Counted from the first letter of the whole stretch, positions 9,601 through 19,419 are shown. The stretch is DNA of 63,244 bases, filler included, from Sluysia triapertura (GCA_046118255.1; 5 parts of 5 records of this genome joined end to end with filler, not necessarily neighbours in it); one strand, 5' to 3'. Notes: a model not told the origin generated them from the letters alone. Made by a program: numbers and translations.

Positions 9601-11370
9601 AGCACTATCTTTCTCTAAGAATTGTGTCGATATGTTATAACTCATTAACCTAATTTTAATATTACTTAAAATGCAATGCTTTATTGGAGCTTATCGTATT
9701 TAGGAAATAATAAAAATTTGATAAAATTATATCTATAATTCATTGCTTTCTAACTGCTATTGAATGTATTATTCAACAATTATATAAACTTTAGGCAGCA
9801 TCGGTTAGCATTAATGAATATTATTTACCATTTACTCATTAACTTTCGTTTTTTGTAATTCAATGAAACTCTCTTTTAGACTGAAGGTCTAAGTCAAGAT
9901 TATCGGTTTAGTTGTTATAACGCACAATATTTTTTTTAAATTTCAGTATAATAATCCTTATTATACTATTCTTTAATTGATTAAATTTATTTATTGAAAA
10001 TTCATTTCCAGTTTGATGTTTAGTTTCATATCAGACATTGCTGCATCAAACTTTGTGTGACTCATAATATTATCAACAACATTCCTAGTTTAAATCGTAC
10101 ATTCCTTAAAAATTTCATAGGTTTTCTTATAAATTCATCCTACAAATCATCCACATACTCAAATAAATAACATGAATACAAACACGGCTTGTGGTATCGA
10201 CTTCATGGCAACAGGTAAAAGAAGAAAATTCTCACAAATTGCAGTCCATTTAACAAACCCATCCTACAGATCGTCTAAAACTCAAATAAATTATGCTTTT
10301 AAAATATTAAAAAGATTACATTTTGGAAGTATTACAGGTTAGACATAGAGTATACTTAAATTCCCAATGAAATACATAATGATTAAAACAACTATTAAAA
10401 CAAGTAAATTCATCAGAATACTAATTGATGCTACCTATAAACAAATTTTATATATTTTATAAAAATATTCGTATGAAATATTAGGGAAATTTAATCCTTT
10501 ATTGAGAACTTATTCTTTTAGGAAATAATACGAATTGATAAAAAAATTACGTAAAATTTTAACTGATATTGAATATAATATCTAATTATATAAACTGCAG
10601 GCAGCATCGTTTAGTATTATTGAATATTATTTATCGTTTACTCATTAACTTCCTTTTTTGAAATTCAATGAACATAATTTTTCGATATTTTTTTAATATA
10701 TAGGCTGCAGGTGCAAGTCAACGTCATGGCGTTAGCTTTAAAATGTTTATTCAAATTTCGTACAATCTGCTTTAATCACTTTTTCAATATTCATTTATTT
10801 TAAACTTGATTTTCATAAATATTATAAACATTATTTTTATATTAATTAGTATTGGTAATACAAGGAATTTATAACCACATAAATAATTCGAATGTGATTA
10901 TTATCACTATAATTTAAAAGTGACTTTGTTTATAAAGTAAAGTCTAACCAACATTTGTTACGATATGTTTTTGAATTGAATTTTATTTTAAGAATAAAAT
11001 AATAGCATAATAAAGCAACTAAGTAGAAAAATTTATTTAATTAGTTTTAGATTTCCTATTATTTCCAATATTATTGCTCCTGTTGTTACGTACCTCTACT
11101 TAAAAATAATTTTAACGAAGTTTTAAGTTGCTTATAAATATTGAGTAATATGTGTTGTGTAATTTTATGCATTGTACTCAGATCCTAAAGTTTAGTCAAA
11201 AATTTAAATGAAACATACGTAATAATTTGTACGAAATTAGTAATTATAATATTATTGAATATTATCTGAAACAATTTTACATACTTCAGCCATCAGAGGT
11301 TAGCGTTACGTTTTTAGAAATAGTTTTACTATTTTAAGCGTATTCTAAATATTAGAATATAATATATAAA
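594..11370 (+). CDS. Putative micro-exon gene (partial; start and stop exons not identified) encoding a low-complexity Ala/Ser/Gly/Gln/Tyr/Lys repeat protein
   Basis: 18 exons of 9, 15 or 27 nt, each between (c/t)ag and gt, totalling 276 nt = 92 codons. Only phase 0 is stop-free. Differences between paralogous short exons fall mainly at synonymous third positions. Confidence 0.75.
688..702 (+). CDS. 15-nt micro-exon (TQPPK)
   Basis: ttttag|ACACAACCACCTAAG|gtaaat; paralog at 4268-4282. Confidence 0.75.
1342..1350 (+). CDS. 9-nt micro-exon (AAP)
   Basis: ttcag|GCAGCACCG|gttagt. Confidence 0.75.
1448..1474 (+). CDS. 27-nt micro-exon (AVGASQGYG)
   Basis: tctag|GCTGTAGGTGCAAGTCAAGGTTATGGG|gtaagc. 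Confidence 0.8.
1809..1901 (+). pseudogene. Dead micro-exon dyad: 9-nt copy 1809-1817 and 27-nt copy 1875-1901 (TVGISQGFG)
   Basis: 9-nt copy flanked by cg and ct instead of ag and gt; 27-nt copy keeps tag but its donor reads attagc. Confidence 0.6.
2288..2325 (+). other. GC-rich hairpin, copy 1
   Basis: ccaacg-ta-ctgggctta-(ccagc)-taggctcag-c-cgttgg. Confidence 0.55.
3759..3773 (+). pseudogene. Dead 15-nt micro-exon (VKSIK)
   Basis: ttttcgg|GTAAAATCGATTAAG|gttatt; acceptor cag mutated to cgg relative to paralog 9118-9132. Confidence 0.55.
3962..3976 (+). CDS. 15-nt micro-exon (MPSAK)
   Basis: ttttttcag|ATGCCTTCAGCTAAG|gtattt. Confidence 0.7.
4176..4184 (+). CDS. 9-nt micro-exon (TIS)
   Basis: atcag|ACGATATCG|gttaat; synonymous ACA/ACG difference from 594-602. 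Confidence 0.7.
4268..4282 (+). CDS. 15-nt micro-exon (MQPSK)
   Basis: ttgtag|ATGCAACCATCTAAG|gtaaat. Confidence 0.75.
6392..6400 (+). CDS. 9-nt micro-exon (AAS)
   Basis: ctttag|GCAGCATCA|gttagt. Confidence 0.75.
6512..6538 (+). CDS. 27-nt micro-exon (AASASQAYG)
   Basis: tctag|GCTGCAAGTGCAAGTCAAGCTTATGGG|gtaagt. Confidence 0.8.
6848..6856 (+). CDS. 9-nt micro-exon (AAS)
   Basis: ttcag|GCAGCATCG|gttagt. Confidence 0.75.
6940..6966 (+). CDS. 27-nt micro-exon (TAGVSQEYR)
   Basis: cttttag|ACTGCAGGTGTGAGTCAAGAATATCGA|gttagc. Confidence 0.7.
7459..7467 (+). CDS. 9-nt micro-exon (AAS)
   Basis: ctttag|GCAGCATCG|gttagt. Confidence 0.75.
7579..7605 (+). CDS. 27-nt micro-exon (AAGASQGYG)
   Basis: tctag|GCTGCAGGTGCAAGTCAAGGTTATGGG|gtaagc. 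Confidence 0.8.
8093..8101 (+). CDS. 9-nt micro-exon (PSE)
   Basis: cttcag|CCGTCAGAG|gttagg; paralog 11290-11298 differs only by synonymous CCG/CCA. Confidence 0.7.
8184..8198 (+). CDS. Possible 15-nt micro-exon (GTIYK)
   Basis: attag|GGTACAATATATAAA|gttata; lies 82 nt after the PSE exon like the other dyads; weak donor. Confidence 0.4.
9118..9132 (+). CDS. 15-nt micro-exon (VQSIK)
   Basis: ttttcag|GTACAATCAATTAAG|gttttt. Confidence 0.65.
9795..9803 (+). CDS. 9-nt micro-exon (AAS)
   Basis: ctttag|GCAGCATCG|gttagc. Confidence 0.75.
9880..9906 (+). pseudogene. 27-nt micro-exon with lost in-frame donor (TEGLSQDYR)
   Basis: cttttag|ACTGAAGGTCTAAGTCAAGATTATCGG|tttagt. Confidence 0.55.
10601..10609 (+). 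pseudogene. 9-nt micro-exon with lost in-frame donor (AAS)
   Basis: ctgcag|GCAGCATCG|tttagt. Confidence 0.55.
10704..10730 (+). CDS. 27-nt micro-exon (AAGASQRHG)
   Basis: tatag|GCTGCAGGTGCAAGTCAACGTCATGGC|gttagc. Confidence 0.7.
11290..11298 (+). CDS. 9-nt micro-exon (PSE)
   Basis: cttcag|CCATCAGAG|gttagc. Confidence 0.7.
11356..11370 (+). CDS. Possible 15-nt micro-exon (NIIYK)
   Basis: attag|AATATAATATATAAA|gttata; paralog of 8184-8198. Confidence 0.35.
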
Positions 11371-11947
11371 GTTATAGATGTTAATGTACCTGAACATTTC
11401 TAAATTAAAATTAAAGGCCATCATTAATTAATGATGTTATTTAATTTTAATTTATATATGTTCTAATTTATCCAAACATGCATTTATTTGATATCAATAT
11501 ATAAGTACTTTTAGGTTTAATTCATTAAGATGATTTCATTAATTATAAATTATATTTTGGTACATCATAACCCTACGTTTAATTTATTGAACCTCAAACA
11601 CTTATTGAAATAAAAGACAAATGAAAATGCAATGAATAGAATATATTAGATATAGACCTCGATAAATATATTTAATGCGATTTATTGGCCAGTGTGAACT
11701 AATTTTACTACGACATGAAATTTATATTTCAAATTTCGAATATTACAATAATTAGAATTAAACATCTGAAAATAGTTTAATTTTTTATACATTAGTATAA
11801 ATATGTTCTTTTAAAAAAATTATTAATATTAGTCAAAGATTTGTTATCAATTCTTTTTTACTTTATAGTATTTTTACGCAGATATTCTTATTTGTGAGAC
11901 AAAAGTTAATTTATTTGCTCGAGAATAAAGATGTGAATGTGAGTTCA

Positions 11948-11986
11948 CCAACGTATCTAGTCTTACTGGTTAGGGTTAGCCGTTGG
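11948..11986 (+). other. GC-rich hairpin, copy 2
   Basis: ccaacg-tat-ctagtctta-(ctggt)-tagggttag-c-cgttgg. Confidence 0.55.
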
Positions 11987-12730
11987 ATTTTTTAGAAGAA
12001 AATAACTGTCAATTAACAATATCAGTAATGCTTATTTGATTTATTAAGTGTATTTGTCTTTAAATTGCTTTCTTATAAATATTTTATCAGTTAAGCTTAC
12101 GAAAATCCTACTTTAAATAGGATATTTATAATAATTCACTATTTTTCGCTACCGATAAAAATTCGGATTAATAATTGATTTAAGGAATTTAATGATTTTG
12201 TGACTGTAACAATTTACAACGTTATTACTTTCAATTTTCTAATTTCTTTATGAATTTACGAATGATCCTTTAAACAGGATTGAAAACGTTTTAGATAATT
12301 TATGTGTATCGATGTTAAAGATCGGCTTTTATGAAAACTGATTTAATAAGTTTAGTGAATTATGTATATATTAACGGTTACAGTAAAAGAAAAAACAAAA
12401 GATTCTTACAATAATAATTATCAAAATTAAGTTTACTTGAATTAACTATAATAAAGTAATTTTAATTAAGATTTTACGAAGAATCTTTAAACGGTTCTAA
12501 AATACATTATATAATAATTTAAGTATATTTTACAAACGTACTAAAATGTACAGCAACTTAAGAATAATGAACTAACAAAATAGTCCAGAAATTTGGACCT
12601 TCGATGTTTAAATTTTTTAAACCAACTGTTGATAATAATTTTTAAAAACAAATGTTATGAGTTTTAGTTTTTAAAATGTTATGTATATATACTAATTTAC
12701 CTAACACTGAAACAATTAAAACAATTGATT

Positions 12731-12840
12731 TTAACCCTTTCAATGCTGCGGGGATTTACATGTCTCAGAGACTGATTATTTACTACTGGGATATATTTAT
12801 CTCATAATTAAACTACTTCAGGGACATATGTGTCCCAAGG
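12731..12840 (+). mobile_element. piggyBac-like terminus (TTAA + CCCTTT...) with three subterminal repeats
   Basis: ttaa|ccctttcaatgctgcg followed by gggatttacatgtctca, gggatatatttatctca, gggacatatgtgtccca; partner end not seen. Confidence 0.45.
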
Positions 12841-13231
12841 AATTTTATCAAAAACCATATTTTCTAAAAATCTGAAATTATGTAAACATGTCCCTTTACT
12901 TATTTACATCACATTTAGTTCAATTGTACGGAAATATCTTCACTGGCAAAAATTAATATTGAAATTCATATTTAAAGTTAAAGATTTTAAAATAATTTTA
13001 ATACATAAATTTAAAAATAATTACTTACATTATATAACCGACTAGAACGTTCAAGATCGTAAATATTTTCAAAATTAAAATTTTATAAATAAAAATAGAT
13101 TGAGACGCAGAGCTGAAGTGCACGGACGACATTTGGGGCATTTATGAGTGTAATATAACATGTGCATTTAACAATTTTTGTAAAAGTTATTCTCTGTAAA
13201 AATAAATAGCTATTTGCTAGCGTTCTCCATA

Positions 13232-13331
13232 NNNNNNNNNNNNNNNNNNNNNNNNNNNNNNNNNNNNNNNNNNNNTTAATTAATTAANNNNNNNNNNNNN
13301 NNNNNNNNNNNNNNNNNNNNNNNNNNNNNNN
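13232..13331. other. Artificial contig spacer
   Basis: 44 N + TTAATTAATTAA (stops in all six frames) + 44 N. Confidence 0.98.
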
Positions 13332-16300
13332 ATTGTCATATTTCAACTATTTTATATCATTTTTCTTATATATTTTAAATTTTATACCATAATTGGACAA
13401 TCCCAACAGTATTTAATATCAAATTTAGCATCTGTTTGATTCAGGAATAGTAAAAAATTTTCAGAAATAACATTATTTAAAAAGAAGGATCGATTTTTAA
13501 TGTAGCTGTTTCCATTAATAACTATTAAGAAATGATTGTTACGCAAACCAAAATTATTGTGATTCCTTTTATTCATGCTTTTAAAAGACAAAATTGTAGT
13601 TCGTCAATTGAATTTAAAATAATACACATAATAACGGCTTTTTTTACAAATGGAATTGTCTTCCGAATTGTCTTCATCGGATTTTATTGTGAGAGTAGCT
13701 TTTTTATTTAATTTTATTTGATAACGAAATCTCAGAACATTAGATATTAACTTTTTCCATTCCAATAATATCAGTTGATTCATTTTAGAATCAATAGAGT
13801 CAGAATGAGACATAAACTAATAATGTTGATTAATTTTTTACGTGCAAAATAATTTTTATAATTGTGAGATATTTTTACGATTTTTTAATTATTTTCTTGA
13901 ATACTAATTTATGACTGGACATTCAATCAGAACAGCAAACAGCAGTACAGAAAATGGGATTGAATGATGTCCAATCACAACAACAGAAATGTAATGAACA
14001 TGAATTCTTATGGCTAAATCAATATGATGATGATGTCTATAATAAAAGATAGTAAACAATTGTGACTAATTGACAGTTGATACGATACAATGAACTTTAT
14101 TTAATTTATAACAGTCAATTAGTTGCAGGTAATATAGTCACAAATAATGGTGACAACTACATTATAAAATTAATAAACATGATAAAAGTGACTGTAATAA
14201 TAATAATAAATAATATTAATACTAATAAAATAGTAATAATGATATATAAAATAAGATAATAATAATAATTAATGTATAAATGATAAAAATTAAATAATAA
14301 TAAATAATTATAATAGTAGTTTAATTATATAAAATACATAAACTTTATTTTCTTTACGTGATATTTTTCTTGTAAAAATAAAAATCTTTTCCTTGACATA
14401 TAAATAAGTAAAATTAACTTGAATAAAGTTTTATTTGACTGAGATAATTAAAATGATTATGAAGTGCGAGTTTAATGCTTTTCAAAGGTGTTAATAACTG
14501 AAAGTTGAAGAATTTCGAACTTGAAGTGTTTTGGATTAATTTTAATATGTATATTTGATAATTTGAGATGTAAGTTGTGCTTCTAGTGATGTGAAATTGT
14601 GAATGTTTTAAATGAAATTTAAAATGTACATTAATTGTTTGAATGTAAAACTAATTTTAATGTTATGAGATTGTGAATTTACAATGTTTTGAAATGTAAA
14701 AATGTTTTAATGGTCTGAAAAAGTAAGATGTAAAATGTAAGAAAGTGTGATATTTCATATGAAGTGGTAATTTGAATTTTAAGTGAAAAGGTTGGCCACC
14801 GTAAAGCCAAAAATCAATTCTGGAATAAATAAATTTACTCGTATTCAACGAAACTAAAATTTAATTAAAGGCACTAATAAGATTTAATTATGATCGTAAT
14901 TATCGTTTTGATAATGACATTAAAAGAAGTGTTAAATATTATAAATAATAAATTTATGATATTAAATTTAAGCTTTTAATTTTATAGTCTGTCGGTCAAT
15001 AAATTTTTAAGTGGTCCAACGTTATCGTTCGAATTTCTACTTTGCCTTTTATTTCCTGCAAAATTAATATTTGATATCTACAAAATTGATGATTGCACAG
15101 TTGATTAATTTCTTAAAAATAAACGTGCAAAGTTGATAACTAACTTTATAATGACAATTCATTCTATTTATACTTAAATGTGTTCTATTTAAACCATCTT
15201 CCTTCCTTCCTTCCTTGCTTATAATACTGATCACAATTATAATTTATTTGTTCTTCATTACCGTTATTATTGTTTTCAAATCTTATTTTACAATCAGGAC
15301 TTTGACATAATAGTTATTGAGGACTTCCCATATCACTAAAATTTTGATTAAAAGTACTTTATTTTAACTTCTTGTAATTTCTGGCATAATGTCCATAATT
15401 GCCATAGTTGCCGTATTTTTGTATACTCTAAATATTTATTAAAGTTATTATTATTACTATAACTTTACGTCTTTGGTATTTCTAATCAGTACTTATAAAT
15501 AAGAATTGTACCTTTCTGTAATATAATATCACAGTTAATAAGTACTTTTGATTTACGAATTAAATTCCTAGTCATATGAACGCCAGTCCATAAAGGCTAG
15601 CTTAAAGTACTTAAATTAGAATTTATTGAAACTATTAGAATTTAAACTTACGCTGACATCTATTTATCGGCCCTTAAGTGTGTAAGTCCGGCATCATAGA
15701 GGACTCACATAAACATAGAAATAAATACACACATATATTAGAGTTCTCAAATTCTCACAACATTTAACAAGGTATCAGTAATTAAACTCTTATTAACTTA
15801 TTAGCTTGAGTGCATGGCTCTTTTGAATTTAATTGTATAAGATTCAAATGATTAAGATACAAGACATTTTAAATCTTTACTTATAACGGGAGGTGAACAA
15901 GTGATTTTAGATGTGTATTAAAAGTAAATGTCACGAATTTTATTAAAATTATATCTAAATAATTTTATACATTTAGGTTCTTTAAAATGGCTTTTGAAAA
16001 GGCACTAAAATTCAATAGTGATGATAACAATTACAATAGACAAATCCAACAATTACGAAATTAATATTTAATATTCGGTAGGTGTAATAATGTTAATAAA
16101 AGGGAAAACTAAATTAAAACTCTGATCAGTCTTTAATTGAAATTGTTTATTTTTAATTTATTAAGATTTTATGAACATTTTTAAAATGGTTGTTTTAAAG
16201 TTTAATAATAATAAAAATAAGTTTAAACTTAATAATAAAAATCTAACGTAATCTTTAAAATAATATATTGATTGAAATTAATTGTTGAATAAGTTGAACG

Positions 16301-18092
16301 CCGTCAAAATTAACTGGCGACTTAGAATAAAAAACTGCCAAATTAGAATCGGACTTAAAAAAATTAAACTTAAAATTCATAGATAATTTAATTGTTTCGT
16401 AATTATATTATTAAAAAATTCTGGAGTAAAGTTATTTGTGTCAAATTGTTGCAAATTAATTTATTTTTAACTTATTGTATTTGACATAAAATAATATTTA
16501 TAGTGTTCTTTCTAAATTTGATTTTAAAGGTCTTCAATAGTAATGATAAGTACATTTTAAACTTACTAATTTCGAATAAGTGTATTTTGTACTTATGAAT
16601 GATAAGATATTATTATTTTACTTTTATTCTTTTTTTAATTTAACATTATTATTATTATTATTATCATTATCATTTTTCAACAATTATTAAGATATTTATT
16701 ATATTATTATTCAGTTATTATTATTATCATTATTATTATTTTTATTTAGCATTATGATTTTAATGCTACTGTGATTATTATTATTAAAATTTTGACCATT
16801 ATTCAAATGTTTGAGGCCTTGAGAATTGCCTTCGAGATTATTAAAATAAAAAATTTTATTGGACAAAAAGTAATATTAGCAAATTTTTTTTCAAAATTTA
16901 TACAGAAAAGCTTTAAGATGTAGATTCATTAAATGTCTATGAAGCAAAGTCTATGAAATTGATGTGACACTTACCCTTATAGTTCTTGTGATTTTCTGGT
17001 AGGCAAAGAAAATTATTATTCAAAAATTATTATCTCAATATTATTGAGATAATATAAATAAATATTAAAGTTCATACAACTAAATTGAAAATTATATTGA
17101 AAATCCCTTTTATATTGAATTTTGTTTTATTAATTAATTAATTAATTAGATGATTTAACTTCATACTAAGATTTACTTTTACGTCTTTACCATCAAATAC
17201 GAGTTCAGAGTTCACCTCCATTATAATGATAATAATACTAATACTTAAAGTAATAAATGTCTTACTAACAATTAAAATAATAAATATTGTTATTAAATAC
17301 GAGAAAATGCCATTTATTGTGAAAATTACCAATAGAAATTAAAAACGAAAAAAACCATATCAACTTTTATTTTTTCTTACTGTCAATATAGAAAAATAAT
17401 AACATCTAAATGCAAATTATACTGAAAATAACATTGATAAAGTAAGAGAAAAATTGTAAACAATTTTACATAAACATAAAAATATAAATTGCACAAATGT
17501 GTTAATGCCGGTTTTAACTAAAGAGATAGAACATGTATATACAAAACAAGAGGTCCGAAAAAAGTACCATATTACATTATTAACATAACATGTTCAGTTA
17601 TTTAATAGTTTTGTTAACAAAGTTCAATAATAATAATAATAATCGAATAGGCATTATAAATTGATATTTCTTGAGTTTAAATATAAATATACATTATAAA
17701 TCTTCATTAATGAATACTGAAACTTATAAGTTGTTATAGATACATAATTTCAATAAAGAATAATATTAAAATATTTTTATTGGTTTAGAAAACACCAATT
17801 GAGTTAAAGTGAAAATTTTCGATAAAAATATTTATGAAAAAGAATTGTTTAATAACAAGATATTTGTATCAATTTTTATTGACTAAATATTTACATAGAT
17901 AATTTGAAAATTTTAATTTTTTATTCAAAAAATTAATTTCGAAAACAATTTGCTGTATTTTATTTAAATAAGGTTTACTTACAACATAATGGATATTTTC
18001 TGTCACGAATTTGGAAATTATAAATAAGTATTTTACAAATAATCTTATAAAATAATAATAATAAGAATTATTATTGTCATTGTTATCATTAT

Positions 18093-18205
18093 CTATAATG
18101 AAGGAATGTTTGCAGTCTTTTTATAATTTGTTTCAGCTGGTTGTACGAAAAAATCTTCAAAATACTGAGCCAAGTATTCAAATGTGGGTCTTTCTTCTGG
18201 AAACT
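18093..18205 (-). CDS. C-terminal exon or fragment of a Src-family tyrosine kinase
   Basis: Minus strand reads FPEERPTFEYLAQYFEDFFVQPAETNYKKTANIPSL*, matching the c-Src tail PEERPTFEYLQAFLEDYF...Y including the regulatory Tyr. Not in the ORF track in this frame. Confidence 0.8.
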
Positions 18206-18287
18206 CTAGCTTCTTGAGTAAATGTAGCTGTCATTATATCATTCTCAAGAATCCTTTTTTTTAAAATGTAATAGCAACAGTACTCCC

Positions 18288-18329
<42 letters not shown>

Positions 18330-18347
18330 TAATAATAATAAATAATA
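18288..18347. repeat. (AAT)n microsatellite
   Basis: Direct reading. Confidence 0.95.
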
Positions 18348-18689
18348 AATCTAACAAAAGCATTTACATACATAAACCACAAAAGTTAATTACTTTAATA
18401 TCAAAAAAAACAATAACAATCAAAACAGAAATGACAAAACAAAAGAGTGTGAAAGATTAGCCAACGTAGGTAAAGTAGGGGAAAGTGATCACGGCGGACT
18501 AAAAGTAATATTAATAATAAATTATGGTAATTTTATTATATTATAATTTATTTAAATTGGTGTATATTACATATATTGTATTTTAATAAAATTACTGAAA
18601 GAAATATTTTATTTTATTTAGATTATTATATGTTGGTGTAATATGTAGTGAAAGTTTGTGATAGACTGTATAAGGAGTTTATGTATGAG

Positions 18690-18920
18690 TTGCACACTAC
18701 AAAAACATCATCTTTAACCAATGGTCGCCCACTTCTTTCTTCATCATTAACGACGAAATAACCAACAATGAATTTAGCAATTATTCGCTGGCAATTTCTT
18801 GCAGACGCAATACCGGTGCCAAGCATAGAGTTAATCTTCTCAATTGCTGGCGCATTCATTCCATTTTTTCACAAACAATATATAAGCTTTTTTAAGTCGC
18901 TTCGATTATCATATGCCACA
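18690..18920 (-). mobile_element. Decayed mariner transposase N-terminus (HTH region)
   Basis: KINSMLGTGIASARNCQRIIAKFIVGYFVVNDEERSGRP matches the mariner/SETMAR HTH pattern ending D.PRSGRP. Confidence 0.75.
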
Positions 18921-19419
18921 ATGTATTTTTTAAATGATAGCTATTTGAAACAATTACTTAATTATAAGATAGAAATTAAACATTAAAAAAAGGATATTAT
19001 AATGCATTTAAACTAAACATTTCTTTATAAAACTTCGCAATTTTTTAGATTTACACATGCTTGATGTTTTGTTTATTTTTACAATTTACGTATCTTAACT
19101 GTGTTTAAAAACTTTAAAATATGACTGATATTATTGTGACTTATGTAGTCGTAGTGTATTTATTCCTTTAGTATAATTATGAAAATGTATTAGGACCAAT
19201 TAAATTTATTTTTGAGAGTATGAAAACACAAAATTCTAGTACTTCACAAAAGAGACCTTTTATCGTTTCATCATTACTAAACATAATATCGTTTATATAA
19301 CTACCGTCGTGTCTGATCTTAAGTCTAAAAACACTTCAATACTTTCTAAGTAAATGAAATCATATATGATAATTTTAATGTACTAATCTTTATATAATTA
19401 TTTCACTTTCTCTTTAGAA

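Larger units (their letters stand above)
560..11990 (+). repeat. Nested, diverged tandem segmental duplications carrying the micro-exons
   Basis: Approximate matches: 560-890 with 4150-4447; 905-1910 with 5942-6980; 6290-6600 with 7330-7650; 7650-8700 with 10790-11880; 1940-2330 with 8420-8700 and 11600-11990; 3320-3850 with 8720-9200. Confidence 0.9.

Noticed and set aside
1342-10730. Recurrent GCAGCATCGGTTAG and GCAAGTCAAGGTTATGGG motifs as a CRISPR array or satellite
   Set aside because: Spacing is irregular, the intervening DNA is itself homologous between copies, the context is eukaryotic, and the motifs coincide with AG/GT splice boundaries.
13276-13287. TTAATTAATTAA inside N runs as a biological motif
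   Set aside because: Identical in all four gaps; it is a six-frame stop linker.
17029-17053. 12-bp inverted repeat attatctcaata-t-tattgagataat
   Set aside because: Isolated and AT-rich, with no associated feature.
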